From an uncultured bacterium (GTDB lineage: Bacteria; Armatimonadota; Zipacnadia; Zipacnadales; VGFC01): 42,116 nucleotides of DNA. The stretch is from positions 1-42,116 of the forward strand of contig CBFDAZ010000001.1 of NCBI GenBank assembly GCA_965602825.1. The letters run 5' to 3'. The position numbers and the translations under genes were made by a program. Each line of letters opens with the position of its first letter. The stretch's first letter is position 1. The notes beneath the pieces were generated by a model. It did not search any database and had not been told where the DNA came from. It was given only the letters and a program-made list of their open reading frames with translations. This document shows, piece by piece, positions 25,711-34,003 of this stretch.

Positions 25711-27438
25711 TTAGAAGACCCTGAGCAGGCCGACGGACGCCCAGATCGCGTCCCGGATTGAGGCCCAACTCAGACCTCCCTTGCCCTTGGAGGGGACGAA
25801 GACCACGTCACCCTCCTGCAGGAAGTAGGCCTCGGTATCCACGCCGTTCTCGATGCGGCGGAAGTCGATCTGGGTCACCTCCGCGGCCTCTGTGGCCGGC
25901 CTGATGAGCCGCATCTTCGAGGGCAGGGCATCGGGGCGGAAGCTGCCGGCCTGGGCAATGAGCTCCGTGAGGGTCAGGTCGGGGGTGAGTGGATACACCC
26001 CGGCCGTCATGAACGCGCCGATGGCGTAGACCTTCTTCAGTTCGGGCACGAAGACGATGTCTCCGGCCTGCAGAGCGACATTGCCCTCCATGTTGCCCTG
26101 CTCCATCGCGGCTCGTACGTCGGCCACCAACGGGCCTTCGGCAGCCAGGCGGTGGATCGTGATCCTGGAAAGGTCGGCGAGGACCGTGGGTTGGGCCGCC
26201 TGCACGACGCGAAGCACGGTACGATCCCTTGCCGCGCGCAGGTCGACGGTCCCGGGAGTCTGGAGCGCCCCAACCACGAGCACTTCCTCCGGATCGCGCT
26301 CGGGCACCAGAAGGGTCTCGCCCGGCGCGATCTGCACGTTCTGGCTGGTATCGCCCCTCCACCAGAGCCCTTCCAGATCAATGCTCCTGCTGCCCTGGTC
26401 GCCGAGGATGGAGGCGCGCTTGAGATCGGCGTTGGGGGTGAAGCCGGAGGATCTCGCGATGGCCTCCAGGACGCCGATCGGCTGCGCAACCTGGAACACG
26501 CCCGGTTGGCCGACCTCACCCGCGACGGTGATCTGTCCCGCCTCGCGGACCACCAGCAGGTCCTGGCTGCGGATGGGGCGGTTCTGCGTCATGTCACCGT
26601 CGAGCAACAGCGCGCGCAGGTTCACCTTCTCGGAGGAGCCGTCGGCTCGGAGCAGCAGAGCACCGGAGAGATCAGCGCCCTGGGTGTAGCCCCCGGCCTC
26701 ATTGAGCGCTCGCAGGACAGTGACCCGGTCGGCCTGGTCAGGCGCAATCGGGTAGGAGCCCGGGTTGGCCACCATGCCCAATACGGAGAACTCCGCCTCG
26801 TGCCGTGGGACATAGACGACGTCTCCGTCCCGGACGGTGTGAGTGCGGTCAATGGTCCCCTCGCCCTGCAGGCCGCCGAGGTCCACGGCGATGGATGCTT
26901 CGCCGGGACGGTTCAGCCGCACGGCAGACAGGTCGGAGGAGGGCGTGATACCGGCCGAGATCACGGCTTCGGCGACCGTTCCGCCGAACGGGACGGCCAC
27001 CTGGCCGGGAGTCTGGATGTGGCCCCCGACGTAGACGCGCCGGACGGAGTTGTCGGTGTCGATCTGGACCTGTACGACGGGCCGCTTGATGTAGACCCGC
27101 AACTGATCGACGATCGCGTCACGGAGCTGGTCCAGGGTCAGGCCGGCGGCCTGGATACGCTCCGCGAAGTGCATGCTGATGGTGCCGGTCTGGCTTATCA
27201 TGTAGGAGGCGGAGAGGTCGGGCTCACGGTAGACGCTTACCTTCACGACATCGCCCGGGGCCAGAGCGTAGCCTGCCACGTCCATACCGACGGCAGGCCC
27301 CATACGGGTGTCGCCTCGAATGCCCGCTTCCTGGGCTAACGTGGGCGAGATGAGGCAGAGGAAGGCCGCTCCAGTCAGGACGCGGATGACGGAGGAGCCG
27401 GCGAAAGGCCTGCAACACCGTGGAAGGCGGCGCGTCAT
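25711..27438 (-). CDS. Polysaccharide export protein (Wza/Poly_export N-domain followed by several SLBB beta-grasp repeats)
   Basis: AGGAGG lies 10 nt upstream of ATG 27438. The N-terminus is signal-like. The motif LAPGDVVKVSVYREPDLS...ISQTGTISMHFAERIQAAGLTLDQLRDAIVDQL is the Poly_export signature. G-D-[IV]-[VL]-x-VP motifs recur (GDVVYVP, GETLLVP, GDIVFVP, GDVVFVP). Confidence 0.8.
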   Translation of the reverse strand: MTRRLPRCCRPFAGSSVIRVLTGAAFLCLISPTLAQEAGIRGDTRMGPAVGMDVAGYALAPGDVVKVSVYREPDLSASYMISQTGTISMHFAERIQAAGLTLDQLRDAIVDQLRVYIKRPVVQVQIDTDNSVRRVYVGGHIQTPGQVAVPFGGTVAEAVISAGITPSSDLSAVRLNRPGEASIAVDLGGLQGEGTIDRTHTVRDGDVVYVPRHEAEFSVLGMVANPGSYPIAPDQADRVTVLRALNEAGGYTQGADLSGALLLRADGSSEKVNLRALLLDGDMTQNRPIRSQDLLVVREAGQITVAGEVGQPGVFQVAQPIGVLEAIARSSGFTPNADLKRASILGDQGSRSIDLEGLWWRGDTSQNVQIAPGETLLVPERDPEEVLVVGALQTPGTVDLRAARDRTVLRVVQAAQPTVLADLSRITIHRLAAEGPLVADVRAAMEQGNMEGNVALQAGDIVFVPELKKVYAIGAFMTAGVYPLTPDLTLTELIAQAGSFRPDALPSKMRLIRPATEAAEVTQIDFRRIENGVDTEAYFLQEGDVVFVPSKGKGGLSWASIRDAIWASVGLLRVF

Positions 27439-27601
27439 AGGCCAACGCCTCCTGGTTCCGGCGCGGGATTGTCGGTAGCGGGGCGATTCTATGCGCCTGT
27501 CCGTCCCGTGTCAAGTTGGGACGGGCGAGCGGCGCAGGCGCTCAGGGGTGTCACGACGAGGTTCAGAGCGATGGGAGCCTCAGCGTGGCCTCTGGGCGCT
27601 A

Positions 27602-27630
27602 GTGACACTGGGAGGGTGAGTTGATATAAT
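27602..27630 (+). promoter_or_regulatory. Sigma-70-type promoter for the FHA/SEDS/PBP/kinase operon
   Basis: GTGACA (27602-27607), 17-nt spacer, consensus TATAAT (27625-27630). The leader to ATG 27737 is about 100 nt. Confidence 0.55.
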
Positions 27631-27736
27631 CGCTGGGCCAGACGGCGGTGCTGCCCCAAGACCACCCGTGGTGCTGTTGGCCGATGCGCAGCCTGTGCCG
27701 GACCGCTGCACCACACGGCCGCGTACTGGGCTCAGC

Positions 27737-28408
27737 ATGGCGCTACTTCGTCGCCTTGAGAAAGCTCTCGAAACGCTCGCGGAAGGTGGCGCCGAGCGGA
27801 TCTTCGGCGGGCGGCTGGACCTGGTCGCCATCGGCCAGGAGCTCTGTAATGTGGCCGTGGAGGAGAGCAAGTCGAGGGGCGCGAGTAGCGAGGCGCCCAA
27901 TGCCTACCAGGTAAACATCGGGCTCGACGATCACGGGCGTCTGGTGGATATCATCGAGGCGCTCCAGGAGCGGTACAGCCGTGCGCTGTGGAAGAGGCTC
28001 AGGGAGATGGGCTACGCTCTCGGCTGCGTGCCGATGGTCCAGATCGCCCCCCGGGAAGGGATCGGGGAGGGGCGGTTCGACATTCGGGTGCAGGTAACCG
28101 AAGCACAGCCAGTGTGTGTGCTGTCGGAGTTGGATGCTGAGGGCAGGTCCCATCGGCTCAGCCTGCCGGCGACGATCGGGCGGGGGACCGAGTGCGACCT
28201 GGTCCTGCAGGGGAAGGGCGTTTCCCGGCGTCATGCGCAGGTCATCTGGGATCGGAATCACTTCGCGGTCGTTGACCTGGAGAGCAAGAACGGGACCATT
28301 GTGAACGGCGACCGAGTGGACAGAGGGCCGATCGAGCCGAGCGATGCCCTGATGATCGGCGAGAGGGTGCTGGGCGTAGCGTTGGACAGCGACCGCGTAC
28401 CGGAGTGA
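27737..28408 (+). CDS. fhaA: FhaA-like protein (DUF3662/FhaA N-domain plus C-terminal FHA domain)
   Basis: The N-terminus MALLRRLEKALETLAEGGAERIFGG parallels the mycobacterial FhaA N-terminus. C-terminal FHA domain: ATIGRGTECDLVLQGKGVSRRHAQVIWDRNHFAVVDLESKNGTIVNGDRV. The longest ORF starts at 27668. Confidence 0.8.
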   Translation: MALLRRLEKALETLAEGGAERIFGGRLDLVAIGQELCNVAVEESKSRGASSEAPNAYQVNIGLDDHGRLVDIIEALQERYSRALWKRLREMGYALGCVPMVQIAPREGIGEGRFDIRVQVTEAQPVCVLSELDAEGRSHRLSLPATIGRGTECDLVLQGKGVSRRHAQVIWDRNHFAVVDLESKNGTIVNGDRVDRGPIEPSDALMIGERVLGVALDSDRVPE

Positions 28409-28490
28409 GCAACAGCCGCGGCCGAGCAGAGGCGGGCGGTCGGGCAGAAGCTGCTTGCCGGTGCGGCGAGGGAAAGGCGACGGTGATTGT

Positions 28491-29069
28491 GTGTCAACGG
28501 CCGAGATCGTGTTGAGTGTAGGGCGATACGCCTTCCTGGGCCTGCTGTACCTCTTCGTGCTGCTGGTCCTTCGCGCGCTGTTGGCCGAGATGCGGGCCGA
28601 AGTGCAGCCTGCCGTGCTGCCGATGCATCGCGGAGGGCCCAGGCCGGCGGTGGCCGTGCCGGGAGCCCCCGTCGCTCCTGCCGAGGAGCGCCCGGAGCCG
28701 CGAATCCCGGCGCAGCCTCTCCCGCCGCGGCTGATTGTGGTGGAGAGCGCAGACCCGGGGCAACTGCCGGTCGGGATGGCCTTCACGGTGACCGCGGTCA
28801 CCACGATCGGGCGGGGACCCCATAACTCCCTCGCGCTCCCGACCGACAAGCACGTGTCGAACAACCACGCGCTGCTCTTTGTGAGGGATGGGACCATCCG
28901 GCTTCGCGACCGGGGATCCACCAACGGCACTTACGTGAACGGTGAGCGTATCGAGGATGAGGCGCCGCTGAACGATGGGGACCGGATCACTGTCGGGACA
29001 ACCGTGCTTCGGTTCAGTGCGCAGCAGATCTCGGTCAGCCTGTCGGTGGAGGATGGCGATGCGGATTGA
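28491..29069 (+). CDS. fhaB: FhaB/FipA-like membrane-anchored FHA-domain protein
   Basis: N-terminal TM segment YAFLGLLYLFVLLVLRALLA, a Pro-rich linker, then the FHA domain TTIGRGPHNSLALPTDKHVSNNHALLFVRDGTIRLRDRGSTNGTYVNGERI. The start is uncertain: GTG 28491 is preferred, and the longest ORF starts at TTG 28455. Confidence 0.75.
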   Translation: MSTAEIVLSVGRYAFLGLLYLFVLLVLRALLAEMRAEVQPAVLPMHRGGPRPAVAVPGAPVAPAEERPEPRIPAQPLPPRLIVVESADPGQLPVGMAFTVTAVTTIGRGPHNSLALPTDKHVSNNHALLFVRDGTIRLRDRGSTNGTYVNGERIEDEAPLNDGDRITVGTTVLRFSAQQISVSLSVEDGDAD

Positions 29070-29070
29070 G

Positions 29071-29108
29071 GGTCGGCTGCCGTGGCTTGCGTAGGGGCGG
29101 AGCCGACC
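29071..29108 (+). other. Stem-loop immediately after the fhaB-like stop, followed by TTTGGG
   Basis: GGTCGGCT (29071-29078) pairs with AGCCGACC (29101-29108) around a 22-nt loop. It lies in the 156-nt gap before the SEDS gene and could be an attenuator, a processing site or nothing. Confidence 0.25.
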
Positions 29109-29225
29109 TTTGGGTGCGGCGGCAGGTAGGCCGAGGCGTACAAGACCCCCAGTCAACGCAGTGTGGAGAGATGACACGCGGGGCGGCGGAGGGCGCCGGC
29201 GCTTGCAGGACCCTTTGCGGGGAGG

Positions 29226-30581
29226 TTGGCGATTAGCGCAAGTCGTCGGTCCGAGCTATTGCTGTTGTGTGTCGTGGCCCTGATCGGGGCGGCCGGAGCG
29301 CTGCAGGTGTGCGGAACGCTCGGGCTGTCCCTCTACCACGCCTCCCGGCTGGTATTGGTGCCGGGCGTGATCATCCTGTCGATCTTCGTTCTGGACCGGG
29401 TCTCGCCGGTACGCGACCACGTGCTGCTGCCTGCCGTCGCGGGCCTGGGCACGATAGGGCTGGTGATGCTCTGGCGGCTGGAACTCACCGGTGGCAGCGC
29501 TGCCGGTAGCCGGCAGACCTGGTGGCTGCTTGTAGGAACGCTGGCTATGGTAGCGACTTATGGGTTGGTGCAGGATGTGCGGCGTTTGGCCCGGTACAAG
29601 TACCTGTGCGGTGTCGCAGCGGTTGCCCTGATCGTGGTGACGATGCTGTGGGGACATGACCTTGGCCGGGGCGCCCGCCTGTGGCTGGGGGTTCCCGGGG
29701 TGCTGACGTTCCAGCCGACGGAGTTGGCCAAGTTGCTGATCTGCGTCTTCCTGGCGGGCTACATCGCGGCCAAGGGGGACATGCTGGTGGCGTCGGGGCC
29801 ACGCTTCCTGGGTGTTTCGGTGCCTGAGATGCGTCACACGGCACCCCTGTTGGTGTTCGTGTTGCTGTCGCTCGCGGTCTTTGTGGGGCAGCGAGACCTG
29901 GGAGCCGCGGTGCTGATCTTCGGCGTGTTCCTGGCGATGCTGTACCTGGCGACGGGGCGCAAGACCTACGTGGTGTTGGGCGCCTTGCTGTTCGTTGCTG
30001 GTGGCATGATCGCCGACCAGGTCTTCCCTCACGTCCACCGGCGTGTGGTGGCCTGGCTGAACCCGTGGGCCGACGCCAGCGGAAGCGGCTGGCAGATTGC
30101 CCAATCGCTGTTCTGTTTTGGTGAGGGTGGTGTGCTCGGAACGGGTATTGGCCGAGGGCTCCCCAATCCTGAGTATCTGCCGGCGGCTCACACCGACCTG
30201 ATCCTGTCGGTCTTCGGGGAGGAGACGGGGCTGGCGGGGGTGATCGTGATACTGCTGTTGGCCGCGATGATCGCGTACCGGGGCTTCGCGATTGCCTGGC
30301 GTGCGCGCGACCGCTTTGGGGCGCTGCTGGCGGCGGCGCTGTCCACGACCTTCGCGCTGCAGTCCCTGGTCATCGTTGGTGGCGTCAGCAAGCTGATCCC
30401 CCTTACCGGGATCACCTTTCCGTTCGTGAGCTATGGCGGAACATCAGTGCTGGTGAACTTCATCGCGATCGGCATCCTGCTCTGCATCTCGCGGGATTGC
30501 CTGGATCAGGATGGTACGGAGGAGCAACTCGGCGAGCCCGACGACGAGACAGGCGAGCTGCTCCGGCGGACACCTGCGTAA
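29226..30581 (+). CDS. rodA: SEDS-family peptidoglycan glycosyltransferase (FtsW/RodA/SpoVE)
   Basis: About 10 TM spans with SEDS motifs: FQPTELAKL, GQRDLGAA, NPWADASGSGWQIAQSL.CFGEGGVLGTGIG, LPAAHTDLILSVFGEETGLAG and PLTGITFPFVSYGGTS. The exact start is uncertain, and the rodA versus ftsW assignment rests on operon context only. Confidence 0.85.
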   Translation: MAISASRRSELLLLCVVALIGAAGALQVCGTLGLSLYHASRLVLVPGVIILSIFVLDRVSPVRDHVLLPAVAGLGTIGLVMLWRLELTGGSAAGSRQTWWLLVGTLAMVATYGLVQDVRRLARYKYLCGVAAVALIVVTMLWGHDLGRGARLWLGVPGVLTFQPTELAKLLICVFLAGYIAAKGDMLVASGPRFLGVSVPEMRHTAPLLVFVLLSLAVFVGQRDLGAAVLIFGVFLAMLYLATGRKTYVVLGALLFVAGGMIADQVFPHVHRRVVAWLNPWADASGSGWQIAQSLFCFGEGGVLGTGIGRGLPNPEYLPAAHTDLILSVFGEETGLAGVIVILLLAAMIAYRGFAIAWRARDRFGALLAAALSTTFALQSLVIVGGVSKLIPLTGITFPFVSYGGTSVLVNFIAIGILLCISRDCLDQDGTEEQLGEPDDETGELLRRTPA

Positions 30582-30608
30582 TTCGTCGCTATCGAGCCGG
30601 GGGATGAC

Positions 30609-32015
30609 TTGGAGCAGGCCGAGCTGTCAGTTCGCATCAGGCATCTGGCCATGGCCGCGCTGGTGGCCTTCTGCGCGGTGCCCTTCTACCTGGGGTACTG
30701 GGCCGTGGTGCGCGGGGGCGAGCTGAAGGCGCACCCGCTGAACAAGCGTGCCGAGGCTCGGATGCGTACAACGAAACCGGGCAGGATCCTGTCGCGAGAC
30801 GGCGAGGTGATTCTCGCGCGCGAGGAGTCTCAGCGCGGGCAGTGGGAGCGGTCGTACCCCTCTCCCCGCACGTTCTGCCATCTTACGGGCTATGGCCCGC
30901 AGAGCGCCCTACAGACTGCCCTCAGATCGGCGTTACTGGGGACGGATCAGTATGAGAACCCGGTGGCGTCGCTGGTGGGGGTCCAGCGTGTGGGCAATGA
31001 TGTTGAGCTGACCATTGATGCCGATGGGCAGCGAGTCGCCCGACGACGTCTGGCCGGGAGGAAGGGTGCCGTGGTGGCCCTGAATCCCCAGACCGGCGAG
31101 GTTCTCGTACTGGCCAGCGCGCCCACCTACGACCCCAAGGAGGTCACTCAGACCGAGGAAGCCTGGGACCTGTTCACGACGGATCCGGATTCGCCCGAGC
31201 TGAACCGGGCGCTGCAGGGGCTCTACCCTCCGGGCTCGGTGTTCAAGCTGGTGACTGCTGCGGCGGCGCTGGAGACAGGTGCGGCGGCGGTCGATACCGA
31301 GTACAGGTGCGGGGGCCGGGTCGATGTGGACGGGTACGAGCTGGCGTGCTGGAAGGAAACGGGCCACGGCGAGCTGCAGATGAGCGGGGCTGTGGCGCAG
31401 TCGTGCAACGTGTACTTCGCTCAACTCGGTGAGGCCGTCGGCGCGGAGGCCCTGGTCGGTTACGCGCAGGGCATGGGGGTGTTTGGGAAGCCCCACTTGC
31501 GGCTGCGCGCCGAGAGCATGGCGGCGGGCCGGATCACGGCCGGGGATGGCGGTGGCCCGGCGGTCGCGGCCAGTCTGGCCATCGGCCAGGGGAAGCTGCT
31601 GGTCACGCCGTTCGGGGCCGCGCAACTCGCGTCTGCGGTGGCGAATGGTGGGGCGTTGATGGAACCGCAGCTTGTCAAGGCTGTCCTAGCTCCCGATGGG
31701 CAAGCGGTCGAGCATCTGCAGCCGGTGGAGCAGACACGGGCACTGCGATCGTCCACGGCAGGGCTGCTGGCAGGGATGATGGAGGCGGCGGTTGAATCGG
31801 GCACGGGGAGGAGGGCACGACTACCGACGGTGGGTGTGGCCGGCAAGACGGGATCGGCTGAGAACCCGGAGGGTGCGGCGCATGCGTGGTTCGTCGGGTT
31901 CGGACCGGCCAACGCGCCGCGGGTCGCGGTTGCGGTGGTTGTTGAGCATGGGGGAAGTGGTGGGTCGGTGGCGGCGCCCATCGCGCGGGACATCATCGCG
32001 GAGTTGTTGAAGTAG
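30609..32015 (+). CDS. pbpA: Class B penicillin-binding protein (PbpA/PBP2-type transpeptidase)
   Basis: N-terminal anchor. Active-site triad motifs are SVFK (GSVFKLVTAAAAL), SCN (AQSCNVYF) and KTGSA. The end is FVGFGPANAPRVAVAVVVEHGGSGG. Confidence 0.88.
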   Translation: MEQAELSVRIRHLAMAALVAFCAVPFYLGYWAVVRGGELKAHPLNKRAEARMRTTKPGRILSRDGEVILAREESQRGQWERSYPSPRTFCHLTGYGPQSALQTALRSALLGTDQYENPVASLVGVQRVGNDVELTIDADGQRVARRRLAGRKGAVVALNPQTGEVLVLASAPTYDPKEVTQTEEAWDLFTTDPDSPELNRALQGLYPPGSVFKLVTAAAALETGAAAVDTEYRCGGRVDVDGYELACWKETGHGELQMSGAVAQSCNVYFAQLGEAVGAEALVGYAQGMGVFGKPHLRLRAESMAAGRITAGDGGGPAVAASLAIGQGKLLVTPFGAAQLASAVANGGALMEPQLVKAVLAPDGQAVEHLQPVEQTRALRSSTAGLLAGMMEAAVESGTGRRARLPTVGVAGKTGSAENPEGAAHAWFVGFGPANAPRVAVAVVVEHGGSGGSVAAPIARDIIAELLK

Positions 32016-32071
32016 AGAGGGCACCTCGGGCGCTGGGATGAACGTAAGGCAGCATCAGGGGAGCCGGATTC

Positions 32072-33925
32072 ATGAAGGGAACCCTCATTGCGGGGCGCTA
32101 CAGGATCGAGGAGGAGCTGGGGCGCGGCGGTATGGCGACGGTGTACCGGGCCTTCGATCGCTCGCTGGAGCGCCCGGTCGCGGTCAAGATCCTGCGGCCG
32201 GAGTTCGCGGCGGACGAGGAGATCGTAGCCCGGTTCCGGGCGGAGGCACAGGCCGCAGCCCGCCTGTCCCACCCCAATATCGTCCAGATCTACGACACAG
32301 GCGAGGAGAACGGCTTTCACTTCCTCGTGATGGAGTACCTGCCGGAGCCGGACCTGAAGACAGTGATTCGCGAGTATGCGCCGCTGCCGGCCCACAAGGC
32401 GGCCGAGGTGTCGATGCAGGCGTGTGAGGCGCTCGGGTATGCCCACCAGCATGGTCTGATCCATCGGGACGTGAAGCCGCATAACATCCTGTTCACGGCT
32501 GATGGCCGAGCGAAGCTGGCGGACTTCGGGATTGCGGCGGCCGCCGGGGAGGGGTCCACGCAGTCGTCGCTGCTGGGCTCGGCGCACTACCTGTCGCCCG
32601 AAGAGGTGCATGGGAATGCGCCCACGCCGCAATCGGACCTGTACTCGCTCGGGGTCGTCATGTACGAGTGCCTGACCGGACGGACGCCGTTCCAGGGCGA
32701 GACAGCGGAGGCCGTGATCTCCAAGAAGCTTGGCGGCCCGCCGCCGGCGCCCCGTTCGTTCAACCCGAGCATGCCCCCGGCTGCGGAGCACGTCGTGCTG
32801 CGCGCGATGGCACAAGATCGGAACCAGAGGTACCAGTCGGCCGGGGAGATGCTGGGTGACCTCCGGCGTGTGGCGGCGGGAGCGCCGGTCCGCGCGGACG
32901 CCGTGTCGAGTACGGAGGCCACCCAGACGCTGGTTCTGTCGCAACCACCGCAGGCGGTCTCGTCAACTCCGCTGCGCGAGGTGCCGCCCGGCCCTCGGCA
33001 GCCGGCAGTCGCCCCAGCGCCGACATCCGGTACGAACTGGGTGTGGGGCGTCTTCGGGTTCCTGGCCGGGGTCGTGGTCCTGGTGGCGTTGGTTCTGCTA
33101 TTCAAGTACGTCTTCTATGGTGGTCAGGGCGCGGCCTACGTGCTCGTGCCTGGTGTGACGGGGCTGTCGCGCGAACAGGCGCGGTTGTCGCTGGAGGAAG
33201 CGGGCCTGGTGCTGGGGCGTGTGACGGACCGAGAGGTGGCAGACGCGCCGGCCGGGACGGTGGTGGAGCAACGGCCGGAAGCGGGTGCTCGCGTGCCGAA
33301 GGGGTCGGATGTTGACCTGGTCCTGGTGTCCGCCGAGTCACCCCAGCAGAAGGTGGTCAAGGTCATCAAGGTGGTTGGTTTGCAGTTGGCGGACGCGGAG
33401 GCGAATCTGCGCGCAATCGGGCTGCAGGTTGGGGGCGCGGAGGAGGTATTCGACGACGAGGCTGCGGCGGGAGTGGTGATCGAGCAAAGCGTCGAGGCGG
33501 GAACCGAGGTCGCCGAGGGGCAGGAGGTTGATCTCGTGGTCAGTCGAGGCCCCGAGCCGCCGGCGGTCGAGAGCGACGAGCCGCCGGAGGAGCCGTCCGA
33601 AGCAGGCCCGATAGACGAGGACGAGGAGGAGATTAGCGATCCGCTAGTCGAGGTACAGGAGGACCTGGAGTATGCTCCGGACGACGCCGCGAAACGGCGC
33701 TTCACGGTTCGGGTCTGGGTGCAAGGCAAGACACCGGGACAGTCGATCGAGATCGTTGTGCGAGACGAACGACAGACCAGGGACGTGGCGTATCAGGGCG
33801 CGCATGATCCGATGGATGTGATACGCAAGTCGGTAACGACGACCGGGCCTCCCACGATCGAGGTGTACCGGGACGGGACTCTGGTTGCGACGTGGGCTCC
33901 GCCATCGGGGGAGCCCGGGCCGTGA
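32072..33925 (+). CDS. pknB: Ser/Thr protein kinase with two extracellular PASTA domains and an extra C-terminal domain (PknB/PrkC class)
   Basis: GGGGAG SD. Hanks motifs are GRGGMATVY, VAVKIL, HRDVKPHN, DFG and SPEE. TM segment WVWGVFGFLAGVVVLVALVLLF. Two PASTA units (VPGVTGLSREQARLSLEEAGL..., VVGLQLADAEANLRAIGL...). An acidic linker and a beta-rich tail of about 90 aa follow. Confidence 0.9.
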   Translation: MKGTLIAGRYRIEEELGRGGMATVYRAFDRSLERPVAVKILRPEFAADEEIVARFRAEAQAAARLSHPNIVQIYDTGEENGFHFLVMEYLPEPDLKTVIREYAPLPAHKAAEVSMQACEALGYAHQHGLIHRDVKPHNILFTADGRAKLADFGIAAAAGEGSTQSSLLGSAHYLSPEEVHGNAPTPQSDLYSLGVVMYECLTGRTPFQGETAEAVISKKLGGPPPAPRSFNPSMPPAAEHVVLRAMAQDRNQRYQSAGEMLGDLRRVAAGAPVRADAVSSTEATQTLVLSQPPQAVSSTPLREVPPGPRQPAVAPAPTSGTNWVWGVFGFLAGVVVLVALVLLFKYVFYGGQGAAYVLVPGVTGLSREQARLSLEEAGLVLGRVTDREVADAPAGTVVEQRPEAGARVPKGSDVDLVLVSAESPQQKVVKVIKVVGLQLADAEANLRAIGLQVGGAEEVFDDEAAAGVVIEQSVEAGTEVAEGQEVDLVVSRGPEPPAVESDEPPEEPSEAGPIDEDEEEISDPLVEVQEDLEYAPDDAAKRRFTVRVWVQGKTPGQSIEIVVRDERQTRDVAYQGAHDPMDVIRKSVTTTGPPTIEVYRDGTLVATWAPPSGEPGP

Positions 33926-34003
33926 GGTCGTGGCGCCGACGAACAACTCCGGGACACGGTCCGCAGGGGCCCGGCGATCCGATCCACGCAGGAGATCATA
34001 GGA

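Noticed and set aside
27640-27736. GGTGCTGTT and a repeated GGTGCTG in the fhaA leader, as an SRP/4.5S-like RNA
   Set aside because: The conserved SRP domain IV core (GGAAG...CAGC symmetric loop) is absent, so this is just a short direct repeat.
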